Shown one piece after another: positions 51,075 through 64,000 of a stretch of DNA of 64,000 bases. Position 1 is the first letter of the stretch. Each line of letters opens with the position of its first letter. Below the pieces are notes generated by a model. The model was not told the origin of the DNA and made no database searches. It worked only from the letters and a program-made list of their open reading frames with translations. This DNA is from Lama guanicoe (taxonomy: Eukaryota), in the NCBI GenBank assembly GCA_013239625.1, contig MU053881.1, forward strand, positions 9,447,957-9,511,956. Direction: 5' to 3'. Both the position numbers and the translations under genes were made by a program.

Positions 51075-51261
51075 GTTAGGACCAGCTCAGAATTGCTGAC
51101 TGTTAACATTTTCTGGAATTGGATTAGCTGATGTTCAGTTTGGTAGTTTTTTGAGGCTGACCATGGTGGGAGTACCTACACCATCAAAAATGGCAAATAC
51201 TACAAATTGGGGCTCCTCTAGTCCCAGCATCAATTGTTAAAAATTCTGGAGCACACTACTG
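51075..51261. mobile_element. MER63-like hAT-Blackjack element
   Basis: ttggtag...gaccatggtgggagtacctacaccatcaaaaatggcaaatactacaaat...ttgttaaaaattctggagcacactactg. Confidence 0.78.
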
Positions 51262-53059
51262 TTACAGGGCCACAGCTGTGCCCAACTCTTAAGACGTGCC
51301 ATCCACACAGACTGCAGTGTGAATGGCTCCCCCTGAGACTACCACATGCATTTTCCTCCTGAGCTGGTCAACATTATGATCCTGCATCCCTTCATCCAGA
51401 GGTTTACTTGCAAGAATAGTAGGACTGTTATTCCAATTCTGTCCAGGTAATCCTTGTGAAAAATGGCATATAGTGGCCAACTTGGCAAGAAATTGGTCAC
51501 CACCTTTGCAGAGCTTTTCAGACTCTCATCCACCAGTAGGTCATTTTTATGCAAATTTCAATTCTTGAAAACCCCACATAACTCAAAGCTCACACTATTC
51601 AAGGTGCATTTTTCCCATGAGAATTTAGATCTTCAACGATTAGCAACATAGGTTTATTTCTACTTTTAACTTTCTTGGAATTGTTTCTAATGTTTTATAG
51701 AGGCCACTATCCCAAATTAACAATACAGGGTCCATTGGTGGTTGTTAGATCTTCTTCACAAAATAATCATTATGTGTAACTTCCCTTTTGAAGTAAGAAT
51801 TTTCAGAATTATTTAGCATGAGAGACATTACTATTTGGTAAATATTAGGTGGCAGAGTTATAATATACAAGATATACAGCAATGGTGAACTTAACAATGA
51901 CACAACAATACTGGACAGCATTATTTATAAGTAAAAAACAATGTGGTTCAATGACACAACAGAGCAGGCATTTCAAATTAACAACTAAACTAGCATGGCT
52001 GATGGTCTGGTCTGCTTTAAAATTGCAAAGCTCAACTATATTTTTTTTGGTAATTTAAAGGAATCATATTTCAAACATTGCATATAATATCTATTTTATT
52101 TTATTATGGCTGAGTTGTAAATCATATTAAATTGTATTAATTCAAAGTCACATAAAGTGCGACATACTAGTCACCAGAATAATCTGGGGGTCCTTGCTAA
52201 AAATGAAGATTCCTGGTTTCTATTCCCATGTCCAGACTGCACCTCTGACAAGCAATCAGATAATAATCAGAGAACTCTGGTGTGGGTGGTGTAGGTCCAA
52301 AGAAATATTGCTCAGATACCTCTACCTTTTGAAAATACAAGCTGAAAAATCCTAAATGAAAGGCTTCAGCGTATATGAAAACAAAGCAGCTTTGTTTTAT
52401 ATAGTTTTTTAACTTTAACTTTGTATAAAGCAAATATACTTGAAATGCACTTCATCATCAGGGGAATGGTTCAATAAGCCATGGTACATCCACGAACCAG
52501 AGGCCGGAGACCACTTCGCACCTTATCAGGCTTCAAAAGCTCTTCAGGGAAAGCGTTATATCTGAAAGATTCATGCCACACCTCATTTTAATCACGGACA
52601 CAATAACCCCTGTCTCTTCAAAGTCATTTAGCTGTGAATTTTCAAGAATACATCAAGTAGATTTTCTATGGGCCCATCTGTGCAGCACATTTATTTTCTG
52701 TGACTGTTTTGCTGAGCACAATGAAAACCTTGACTACTAATGAACGGGGACCCAGAGAATGGCAGGACGGCTGCCGCTGCTTCTGCTCTTGGGGAGAGAA
52801 GAATCCTTTTCACCTGAAGCTGCTGCCGCAGGTTTGTTGATCTAGGGAAGCTTTTCAGTTGAGCTGCCTCCCTTCTCTCTACTCCACTTGAAGAATCACT
52901 TCTAAAAAAATTTTTTTTTTCTGGTTATCAAGCCCCAGAGCTAAAAGCTCTCTTCTCTACTCTGTTCAAATCAACAGAACTTGGGGTACCAGTGAGACAT
53001 AAATGTTTGAAACTATTAGAAAGAATGATTCTGGTGGGAAAGTACCATACATTTAAAAG

Positions 53060-53230
53060 GATTTGGCCTTTGAGGACATTACTTCTGTAAGCCTCAGTCT
53101 TACCATCTGTAAAATGGGACTAATAATAAAATTGACCTCAATGGGGTCATTATGGGGAAAATGAGATCATGTATGTAAAGCTCTTAGCAAAATGATGGCA
53201 AATGATAAGTATCATCAGTCAACGTATTAT
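53060..53230 (+). mobile_element. MIR SINE
   Basis: aagcctcagtcttaccatctgtaaaatgggactaataata...aatgagatcatgtatgtaaagctcttagca. Confidence 0.85.
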
Positions 53231-54524
53231 ATATGACATACAGTATTTATAATATAATAATACATAACCAATCTATGACAGCCATCATTAGTATTACTGA
53301 GAAAAAAACTGTAATCTTTCAGTCATAATGACCAGTCAGTCTATGGGCAGGGCTGCCAATAATAAGTCATTTTCTTGCAAGGTACTAAATACTGAGGAGC
53401 ACCCACTGCCCACTGGGATTACAGTCTTCAGAATAGGGGGTAATTTATTAATTGAGCATTGGACACAAAAACAAAACCAAAAGAAAAAAAAACAAAAAGA
53501 GAGTTCTTTTTATGTTATCATACTGCTGGAGGAATGAGGAAAACACATTCCTTAGCCAAGTATGCTTCAACACAACGTTGTGAATAATAAATCTATTTCT
53601 AAGGAAACCCATATTATATTATTGGCTACTGCGTCTTTTAAGCCCAAATGCATTATACATGATTATTCGCTGAGTCCACATGGATATCTCAATGATAGAT
53701 GGTGATCAGACCATCTAATTTTATCAACTCTCATAAAAATGTTTATAATATTTTGTAGAAGCTTATCCTCAGGGTTGTCTCCATGTAGAATTTACAATCA
53801 CACATATTTTACCCTATGGTTGAAATGGTGTTATTGTTTACTGTTCATAAAACCTTAATAGGTTGATTGTAGCTTCAAGTTAGACGTCAGAGTCACTATA
53901 TTTTTTCAGAAAGTTCTAGGAAACCAGATTAACAAAAGTGGAATTGTGGAAAAGATACTGTTTTTTGGAGAAGAAATAAATTAGGTGACAAGAGATGATT
54001 TCAAAAAGAGATCAAGGTGAAATCTTCAGGTCTCTCAAAGCTCAAAAGGCCTTCGTGGACTCTCCCTTGAGTCTCTCCTTTCACAAGGTTGGCACAGGTA
54101 TGTGTGTGTCCCTTGTTTTCACACTCTACTTTGTTTTATCATTATTTACTTCTCTGGGGTTATTAGTTGGTTTTCTCCTAAAGGGAAGGCACCACCTTCT
54201 CATTGACAGCTTTTCTCCCATAGTGCCTAGCAAACAATTTGGCCTGTGGTGTTTGTTCAATATACTGTTACAAAACTAACTAAATGACGTGTGAACTATA
54301 TTGCTCAAACTTCATAGAAGAAAAGTGTGTAGAGGTAGTCATTGAAAAAGGCATTGAAAGTGCAAAGAAATATATCTGGCAGTTTAATAATGAGTATTAA
54401 GCTAAGAAAAGGGAGATTTCTTTCTTTTTAGGTAGGACAAATATGCTAACATACAGAAGTGCTTCACAGACTATGATTACATTCCTTTGTGCATGCATTT
54501 GTTCACCTCATCTCTCAGGAAGAA

Positions 54525-54735
54525 GCAAAGCAGGGTGGTTAGAAACCGACTCTGGTCCCAACTGTTCAGTACCAGTCCTGTATCGACCACTGCTGGATAC
54601 ATGACCTCTGATCAGTTACATCTCTACACCTCAGTTTCCTATTGTGTAAAAATAGGAATAACAGTAACAACAGTAGCTGCTTTATGGAGTTGTCACATGA
54701 GATATATGAAATAATCCATGCAATAGGCTAAGCCA
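54525..54735 (+). mobile_element. MIR SINE
   Basis: ggtggttagaaaccgactctgg...cctcagtttcctattgtgtaaaataggaataacagta. Confidence 0.8.
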
Positions 54736-55234
54736 ATTTAGTCATCAATTTTAGGAGTCTATTACGTTTCTAGCACTGTGTGATTCACTGCAAGGAGCTG
54801 AAGATGTTAAGGCATGGTTTCCTACACTCAGAGGTTTACATTATACCAGGTAAGCCAGACACAAAGGAAAAAGTTAATAGCACACGACTAAATGCCATAT
54901 TAATTCAGTGGCCACTGAGAGTTGATATAATTGAATAACTGAATTCTATATAAAGCTAAGACTATATTTTTGAGCCTTATTAGTATCAGGCATTAGCCCC
55001 TCAAAAATAGAACTTTTTTTCCCCCTCTCTCTTTTTAGCAGTTGAAATTAGCCCTGGACCCTGAGGAACATGAGGTATCAAATTCGGGCATTTCCACAGA
55101 ATTGGGTGAATTACATCAGGGAAAAAAGCAGCTTTTACCAAAAGCAGGAAATGCAAAAAAAAAAAATCATTAGCTGCCTTAAATTAGAAACTTTAATTAC
55201 TCAGTCAGTATAAGTTGAGGAATAACAATATTAC

Positions 55235-55420
55235 TAAAAATAGCTAACATTTATTGAGGGTTTTCCATTCTCCAGGAAAGCTGTGGTTTTCACTTGCATG
55301 TTCTCATTTCTTCCTCATAACAGTATGATGAGAGAGGTATTATTATGATCCTCATTTGACACCTAAGCAAAGGAAACTTAAAGGACTCGAGCAAGTCTAG
55401 CCCAAGGTGCCAAGACAGTG
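55235..55420 (-). mobile_element. MIR SINE
   Basis: aatagctaacatttattgagg...tctcatttcttcctcataacagtatgatgagagaggtattattatgatcctcattt...gcccaaggt. Confidence 0.82.
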
Positions 55421-58073
55421 TGGAGGCCTCCTGAGAACTGAGCAAGAAGGAACATGAGAAACTATGGAGAAAGATGTCTGAAACTGGCGGCTCTTCCTCA
55501 GTCTTCCAGCTGACTCTCCTAGAAAGTCAGAAACTCCTATGGTCACTGTTCCCTCCTACCCAAGACTGACAGGAAACTTCACAGAGCAGCTTTGTTCTCA
55601 TTCTGACCACCGACTTGAACAGAACCAAGAAGCAGAATGAAATGGCTTCCAAAAACACAAGGAAGAGGCAACGTCTCCCACTAAGCGCTGGCGGGACCTG
55701 ACGCGTGTTTGGAGTCAGGAGCAATGCTCGTGGGCAGAGAGCTACCTTGGGAACACAGACAAACCCAGGCATGGTAGAACATGACAGTCCTCATTAGCTT
55801 AGCTTCAACCACAGTGGTCTTATTAAGGGGAGGAGCAGTTAAATGACACGAAGCAAAGTCCCTGTGACTTTACATCTTCAATGGAAACGCTTAGAAGAGC
55901 TCTAATTCACGACAAAGATACCGAAATGAGTCGACCTGCAGTCTAAATCTTAAGGCCACACGTGCATTCTCTGTGCCTGAAGAAAACATGAATTATGTCC
56001 ATGTAGTTCTAGTGCTCTTTGGCGAATGCCTGACTTATTTATTTCCAAGTACATTGAAGTTAGCAGTTCAAATTTGAAACTATTCCATTGCTTTCTTCCC
56101 AGGACGAGGTACCCTGGAATGTTTTCGTCTCATCTCCCAAAGGCTCAATCATCTACTATTAGCTTAGAATGATTAAAACAGGCATCAAGCTATGTCAGTT
56201 TATCTCAATCATACCGTTGCAATGAATATGTGTTTATTTGTCATGACTATCAGAAGCAACATAAAATAATTTGTATATCAAATCTTTTCTCTTTCTCTCT
56301 CTCTCTTCCTCTGTTCTCATCCTTCTCTCATATCACGTGTACGTGCACACATGCACGTGCACACACACACACACACCTTCCGTACAATGCACATCTCCCT
56401 CATAAGTTGACTTTAAATTTTAAAATAACATGACTTCCTTCTTAAATTCAGTGGAAGATTTAAGTAGGAATATCTTGCAGGAGTCACTTATGCAGCCCTC
56501 TGCACTTTAGAAAGGACCCCCCATGAATGCTGTCACATTTCACTGGAGGGAAACTAAAGCACCAGGAAGTTGTGTGGCCAGTGGTGGAGAAGAAGGCCTG
56601 GTGCAGAGAATACTCAAAAGAACTGCTTGTCCTGATGGGGCCCCCATTCTCCAGCTGCACACCTGGCTACGAAACATCCACCAGCAGACCTCATCTAGCT
56701 AGTAGACGTGTTCTACGTGGGCTGCACAGGGTCTGTAAACGTTGAATTCCTTGCCGATATTTAAAAATACAACTCTGTAACACAAATAAAATCCAGGTTT
56801 CCACCTCACTTTCAGATGAGAAGATCTGACGTCATCACCAGCACTGTATCTCTCAGGACAACAACTGGCAGGAGCTCAGTAGCTGCACCCGTGGGTTCTC
56901 TGTCCTGCTTTGGCCTCGCCTCCTTGCTCATCTGTGAGGCCACCTTGAGGTATCTGAATGTAGACACGGCCCCAACCACATGTATCACATCAAAGATCCC
57001 CCTGCAGTCCACAGAGAAGCACCACAGTGTCCCAACGAGAGCATATGGAAAGCAGAATCAGGTTTAAGAACCACAAATTCAGAACTGGGATAAATGTTTG
57101 AGATCCTTCAATCTCCAACCATCAGATCACTCGACCTGATCAAACCAGCAGCTTCAAGTTTCCAGGGGGACACTCAAAATCATTTCCTTGAGTTTGTTTT
57201 CAATATTAAAATCTAATCGTCATATGCAAAAATAAACCCACTTTCCTTCTCTAATACAAAATTATCTTATTTAAAACCTTGATTCCAATGGCCTTCCTTA
57301 CATCCTACTTCTTCTTCCTTCAAGATGTTTTTCTGTTCTTTTTATTGTTTTGATGTGCCAATGATTATGTCAAATCACAGTAATGCTAGTTACAGTCACT
57401 GCCAATCAAGTGTTTTTGATTATGTGTGCTTGAAAGTAACACATGGTTTTGACAGATACACATGGGGGAAATTTATTTACTACTGAATAAATATGATTTG
57501 ATATTAAAAATATTTTCAAACCGAAGTCCTCTGGGAGATAAAAATACATCTTTGATTACAATGAAAAGATGGGGAAACATCAATTTATTTTAATGCCTCA
57601 TTATACAGAAGAGAAAGCTGTGGCTTAAATATATTAAGTGACTTATAGGTCTAAGATTATTCAATGGCCAAAGCTTGGAGCTAAAATTCTAAGTCAGGCA
57701 CTTGCTCATGATACATGATCTGCCTCAATTATCTGTCACGGGATTTAAGACATGCCCGATTCTCTCAAGCATAGATGAGAACATTCGCTCCTCAAGCACT
57801 GTATCAGGAACTGTGGCAGGCTTTGGGGATCCCAAAGCTAATAGCTCATAGCCCCTCCCTTCACGGAACCTTTCATAGTAAGGAAGGCAGGCAGAGAAAT
57901 AATAAAGTACGATGTCATGGGCACCACGATGAAAAGGGACAGGAGAAGAAAAAGAGAACACAAAAGCAGAAACATTTTTGAGGGTGTCAGGAGTGACGAT
58001 GGACTCAGTACTGAGTAGGGTAAAGTTTGGCACTGAAATCTAGGTGAGGCAGTTGGATATTTGGGCATGCATC

Positions 58074-58662
58074 TGTGGTAGGCAGAGTTTTGTTGCCCAT
58101 GACCCTTTCCCTCTGGCATCATGCCAATGAATATATCACATGGAAAAAGGAGCTTTGCAGATGTAATTACGGTTACTAATCATTTGACCTTAACAGAGGA
58201 AGGCTCTCTCAGATTTACATAAGTGCACTACAATCCCATGAGCCTTTAAAAGCAGAGCTTTCTCTTGGCTAAGATCAGTAAAGAAAGTTACAAAAAAAAA
58301 AGTAGACGAGGAATCTGGAGAGATTCAAAGCACGATGAGGATTCAAGGCAGTGTCATTAACTTGAGATGAAGAGAGCCACATGTCAAGAAAATGGGAACT
58401 GCATTCCTTCAACCACAAGGAACTAAATTCCACCAACCACCTGGATAAGCTTGTAAGTGGATTCTTCCCCAGAGTTCCAGCAAGCAAGGCAGCCTTACTG
58501 ACACTTTGATTTTAGCCTTGTGAGACGCTAAACGTAGAGAATCCTGCTTAGCTATCTTGTTCCCAGGCATGTGACCCAGGTCAACTGTGAGATAACAGAT
58601 CAGTATTGTGTTAAGTGGCTAAATTTGTGGTGATTTTAAAGCAGCAGTAGAAAAGTAATATG
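58074..58662 (+). mobile_element. MLT1E-like solo LTR with 5-bp TSD
   Basis: Starts tgtggtaggcaga; ctttgcagatgtaattacggttactaatca; caaccacaaggaactaaattccaccaac; gacactttgattttagccttgtgagac; ends gcagcagtagaaaagtaata; flanks gcatc / gtatc. Confidence 0.92.
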
Positions 58663-58869
58663 GTATCTTAGATAACAGGTTTGGGGGGGAATAATAAAAA
58701 GAAAAAAATTCTCCCTCACACTCTCTAACACCTTGCAGCTCAAAAGGAGGCTAGATCTACAGATAAATTTGCTATGTCAATTGAAGATCAACATCACATT
58801 TAATGTGGGGGTAGAAGTTAAAAAGAAGAAGCGGCATTGGTAGCAAAAGAAAGACACACATTTCGTGGA

Positions 58870-59100
58870 AAGAGTTCCCACGTACCAGGCATTGTACGAG
58901 GTCCATCACATTACTGTGTAATCACCATACCAAAGTGGTGGAGCAAATATATCATTCTCCCCATTTCATAGATGAAAAGACTAAGGCTCTTCGATTTGAG
59001 TGATAGGTCAAAGACAAACAGCTAATCACTGGGCAAGGCAGGAGTGGCTTTCAGAAAACCCAGATCTTTCTGATGAGTAAGCTCTCAGCGTTCATCTATG
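58870..59100 (-). mobile_element. MIR SINE
   Basis: gtaccaggcattgtac...ttctccccatttcatagatgaaaagactaaggctc...acagctaatcactgggcaagg. Confidence 0.75.
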
Positions 59101-60869
59101 TAACACATATAGGAGGTCTGCTGTTCAGACAACGGTTGTCTGTGTTCATGTGTCCAGCTCAAACACGGTTGCTTCAGAGGCTCTACTGGGAACAACCATT
59201 TTTGAGCTTTTGAAGGAAGCTTTCAGCAAACAAGATGCTCATTTGAAGGTAACAGTAACTGTGCCATCCTCTCTGAAGTGATGCCCTCAAACAAGGACAC
59301 CAGGCTGCCCTGGCCTTGGCGTGATAGGCAGTTCTAAACACGGCGGCATATGGTGCCCGATACTGGAAATGCAGCCCTTCTGAATTCTAGAATTAAGACT
59401 GGCAAAATCCTAAATGGGATTCCACTGAAGACCTTCATGCATTTCTAACTCCTGCAGGGAGGGGCAGCACCCTTCTGGCATCCACCCCAGGAAATCTGTG
59501 CACGCATTTCATCTGGATCACCGAACGGATTTTCTCACCTCTGGTCCACCTTGCTCCACTGGGGTTTGCCCACATTAATCTTCTCACTGATTTATCTCTT
59601 CTCGCTCTGAAAAGCTTCGGTGATACTGCTTCAATTATTTTCTTTGGGAAATTGTTCTGTTGTCTAATTGACCCTACTATTAATTTTATTTTCTATTATC
59701 TAATTTATTCCACCCCCTCAACACACACACACTAGTTTCAGGTCATTACTTCTTATTTTTTCCAGTTCCAGTCAATCAACACTTAGTTTTTTTTCTTTCT
59801 AAGGCCTTATAATAATCTCGAACAGCAGCAAATAGAGAGAACATGACATCCACAGTAAAAACTTTACATTATTCACTCACTCCTTCCACTGCAGGTATTA
59901 ACCTCTCCCCATTATTATTTAAGAATGATCCATTTCTCTTCTCCTGGATTTTATACCTCCCCACATTTTTGTAGCTCCACTAAATCTTCTCTCTCCTTTC
60001 TTCCCCCATCTTCCCTCCCTCACTTTTTACCTTCTTTTTCTCTTCCCTCTTCTTTTTTCTTTACCTCTTTCTCCATCTTCCTGTCTTTCCCTCTTTATGT
60101 AAGGTTTACAGTTTTTCATCAGACCCACAGAAGCAACATTTTTATTTGATATCTTTTAGAAAATACAAGAAAGTGTAAGAAAGAAAAATTGGGGGAAAAA
60201 AATCCATCATCACCAAAATCAAGATAACCACCAAAAGCATCTGCTATAGTCCTATTATTGTAGCATGACATATTCTAATCCACTGAGGGTTCTGGGGTTC
60301 TACTGGAATCAATGATCTCTAACTTTTTTTTTTTAAGGAAGAGCCTCCACTGTCCTCTTTCTTCAAATGCAGAGAACTTTGCCTCCTCACTGACCCAACT
60401 GATAGGAAAGAAAAGTTATAAATTGCTACACTGGTTCAAGGGAAAAAAGCAGTGCTTCAGTCTGGGAACATCCTCATGCTTCAAGAGAGTCGTGAGAGTT
60501 CAGCTCTACCATCCATCGGGACCATGAGGGTCAGTTCTCAAAGCACCATGGAGGCCAGGAGAAGGAAAGGTAACACACAGAGAGAAATGGTGGCGTGAGA
60601 AAAAGAGGCACAAATTTTGACCAGTCGAAGGCGCAGGTGAAGAACACTGAGTTAGTCCTACAAACCTGGGCAGATAGGGTACCAGAAGTGATGCAGTGGG
60701 AAAAGGCTGGGGCGTCAGGTTAGCCAGGGACTGTGAGGGAGTGAAGGCAGGGTGAGGAATACAGAACTGGAACCCTGAAGGTCTCAGAGTAGTGACATGT
60801 CAACACTACTCTTTGGAAAATCATCTGAGCGGCACCGGAAGGTGATACTGTAGGGGAGAAGAACACGTG

Positions 60870-61000
60870 TTTTGATTTGGATTGGGGTCAGATTCTGCTT
60901 CTAACTTTTCCCTTTACAAGGTGAGTGTGGTATTCGGCAAATGACCTATGGTTGCTCTGACCTAGGTTTCTCATCCCTAAAATATGGATAATAGTATCTC
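60870..61000 (+). mobile_element. MIR fragment
   Basis: ctctgacctaggtttctcatccctaaaatatggataatagtatct. Confidence 0.6.
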
Positions 61001-61009
61001 ATTGGATTT

Positions 61010-61360
61010 GCCTTGGTTCAAGTTCCTTGGAAGCAGAGCCTGAAGGCCTGAGAGGAGGACTCAAGTGCAAGATTTATTAGGGAAGCTCTCCCTGTGGGGA
61101 CCCTGTCAGGATACAGAGGGGAGAAAAAGGGAGCAAGTCAAACAAGGGTACGATTTCAGGCTGCAGCTACGGAGACTGGCTTTCCCCTCATTCTCCCAGG
61201 TGACCCCAGAGCACCAGTTACCCCTCAGAGATGCCCTGATCCAAAGCAAGAGCGGTGGGGTCTTGTGCTCCTCGGAGCTACACCTGTGTGACTGGGAGGC
61301 TGGTGGTGTCATTAGTTGGGATACTTGTGTCAAAGATGGAGAATTTTGAAGAGAGGAACA
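61010..61360 (-). mobile_element. LTR16-like ERVL LTR
   Basis: gttccttggaagcagagcctga...gactcaagtgcaagatttattaggga resembles the reverse-complement LTR16 3' end. Confidence 0.7.
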
Positions 61361-63524
61361 GGAGAATAAATACCACTGTGGACATCATTATCCAAACCAG
61401 CAAATGAAGAAGTGGCCTTGCTTACTCCCATAGGATACCTAAACACCAAAGCAAGGTTAATTTCAATGTGATGAGAAATATAATTAACCACTATTGGTTA
61501 CTGACATCCCTCGCTTCTCCCTGCAGACAAGAGGGCATTCAGCGGAAGGTAGGTTCTTTACTGAGCAAGACGAGGCAGTGGGGGTGCAGATTGGGTATGT
61601 CCAGAGAGTAGGAGGCTGACAAAGAAGAGCGGAGGAAGGGCAGACCTGTGGGAGGAAAGGAGAGAAGAGACTAGGAGATGCAGCAGACGATGCTGGAGAA
61701 AGATTCAGAGGGAGAACCCAAAAGGATCTGAGAGCGTTTAAGAGGTCATGGTGGCTTCAGAGAGTAAAGGACATTCGGGGAGCCCAAGAAATTTTTAACA
61801 AGTTGTTTGGGGAGTTTGGCCATGTGGTGCTTCTTTCCATGAAAAGTCAACAGAACCTATGTCTTGAACTGCTGCCTCCAGCAGTGACTGTGGGGGCGCA
61901 CAGAAGTGAGTGTTGGAGGAAATGGGTCCAGAGTGAGGCCAGGAGCCTCTCTGGACTCCCAACAACTGCCTGCCTTGAAGTCAATTCCATTCGGGTTATG
62001 CAAGAAACCAGTTCACTCCAAGAAAATGCTAAACAGCAGCCCTGCAAAGCAGGGTCGTCAGGCAGCCAGCAACCACCCAGAATGGAGCGGGGACTGGAAA
62101 CAGTGGGGAGAGAAAAGGAAACAGCATCTGAACTCAATTACATCCGTCAGCCGATCAGTTTTCCCAAGGCATGGCATATTATTCAGAGTAAAAGTTAAAA
62201 CAAAAAAAAAGAAAATGGAGACTAATCACAAAAAGCTTAATCATGAAAACAGAACACACGCATCTCCACACAAAGAGCTCTCAGAGCCAATCATAAACTC
62301 AAAATGAAGGGATGTACGGTACAGTTGTAAACTGGCTGAAGCATCAGGAAAAAACATCCCGAGTTAATCAGAAGGCATTCTCTCTCTACAGTGAGCGCGT
62401 ACCCGCAGCAATCCACTGTGCTCGTGACCATTACTCAAAATGACAACGTCGTAACTAAAATCACCATTTGTTCAAGTTAATTTCTTAAGAATCTGTGATT
62501 TTCCCTCCATTACATTTAATATTGATGAATCCTAACTCCCTGGAACTTCTCTTATTTTCTGGTTATTACCATTCATTTTCCAGGATGTAAAATGAAGGTC
62601 ATTAAAGTTGGACTTTTCCCTTTTTCTTTTGCATTCACCAGCATCACATCTTTCAAAGGCAATATAACTCCAATCCAGTGCTTGGCATACAATAACAGTT
62701 TTACCTTTCTTTTAATATTATGTTCCTGGGAACAAAATTCAGGTCCCCTTAACTTGACCTGCTACCTACAGATACTTCTCACTTTAAGCAATAGCTACTT
62801 GTTAACCAAGCAGGCTGGAAAGTGCGTGATTTTGTTAGGAAAATCCTGATCTCACTCTGACTTCTGTCAATAAAAGAGGAAAGAAGGCTCAAGAGAAACT
62901 GAAAACCAGTGGCAAGGAATGGAGGAAGCTGGGGGCAGAGTAACAGGGCCGGATATGATGTTCTATGTCCCTCTTCCCCATCCCGGGCTCTGTCTTTGGA
63001 ATGTCTCATTTGTCTCAGGACCCCTTTGGAAGATAACGTGCATGGGTCTTGGAACTCAGTGCCTTCTGACTTTTTCTGGGTTCTTAAGAGTGTGTAAATG
63101 AAATTGGCTTGGGTTGCCAGAGGATTCTACGATCAAACAAATGAGACAGCCTTCAAATTTTACCAATCTTTGGATTCCAAAGAGAAAATGGACACCCTTT
63201 CTAAATTTCTGGGGAAAAATCTCTAAAACTGAGACTGCACAGAGCAGTGGCTGCTGGACTTGAATTACCTCGTGCAGTCACGCTCAGGCATCTCCCACCG
63301 CCTGGCATCACTGGAGATACGACTCTTAATTAAACACTGTAAACAAAAAAGGAGTTTTAATTCTCCACAAGATCCCTTATATTGGAGGAAGAGTTATTCT
63401 TAGATCTCATCTCTGTAGAACACTTCCCCACTCCTACTTCTTATTCGAATTTAGAAAACACTCTTTTCAGAGAGAGAATTCCAGAAAAGTTGCTCTGACA
63501 TCATCTTTAGACCCCTTCCACCCA

Positions 63525-63678
63525 TAGAAGGGGAGAGAGAAACAGAGATAGAAAGAAATGGAGAGAGAGAGAAGTAGAGAGACACAGAAAGAGAACAAAA
63601 AAGAAGGAAGGAAGGAAGAGAAAGAAAGGAAGGAAGAGAAAGAAAGAAAGGAAGGAAGGAAAAGAAAGAAAGAAGTAG
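63525..63678. repeat. Purine-rich (GAAA/GGAA/GA)n low-complexity tract
   Basis: aagaaggaaggaaggaagagaaagaaaggaaggaagagaaagaaagaaaggaaggaagga. Confidence 0.92.
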
Positions 63679-64000
63679 AACTTAATGTTATAAAATGGAG
63701 ACAAAAAATAAGGGCTAACTGAAAAGTGAAAGGCTCCACTTGGACTGAACTGATATGGAATGGTCTCTCATGCTGGGAAAACGAGTTGAAAAGAACCCAT
63801 ACTGGGAATCAACTCCCACCATCATTGTAAAAAATATGGAGGAAAAAAAAAAAAACAAACTTAATGCCAGCTTTCAGTTGCAAATTAAATGCTTTGCCTT
63901 TGGAGAATTCACACAAAAGAGAAAAAAGGTGGGGAGTGGGAAGGCATTTCTTCTCTATTCTCTTTGAATTAGCGAAGACAGTCAACCCTTTTCTTCAGTT

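Noticed and set aside
84..63967. ORF-track peptides as host protein-coding genes
   Set aside because: All are 159 aa or shorter, many start at non-ATG codons or overlap repeats or low-complexity DNA, and the only recognisable ones are L1, L2 and Tigger remnants.

Overview
Mammalian nuclear DNA, most likely camelid (alpaca/llama/camel). The evidence is a tRNA-Ala-derived Vic-1-type SINE at 25199-25337, and I saw no Alu, Bov-A/Bov-B or PRE1 elements. There is no recognisable host protein-coding sequence. The ORF-track peptides are either chance frames or transposon remnants (L1 ORF2 C-terminus, L2 reverse transcriptase, Tigger/pogo transposase). The window is dense in old interspersed repeats (MIR, L2, L1M, MLT1/LTR16 solo LTRs, MER5/33/58/63, Tigger). 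The LTR and L1 orientation bias suggests a large intron of a minus-strand gene, and a few unconfirmed short minus-strand exon candidates are present. The most striking structure is a near-identical 2.75 kb head-to-tail tandem duplication (82-2830 / 2832-5578). All six substitutions I found between the copies cluster in about 215 bp and are G/C in copy 1 versus A/T in copy 2. Other notable items are a twin-priming-like inverted L1 inside a MIR, a possible TSD-flanked orphan insertion and a 15-bp inverted-repeat element. I cannot support a confident claim of a new biological system. Repeat family names come from recalled consensus sequences, not a database search, and boundaries of old repeats are approximate.
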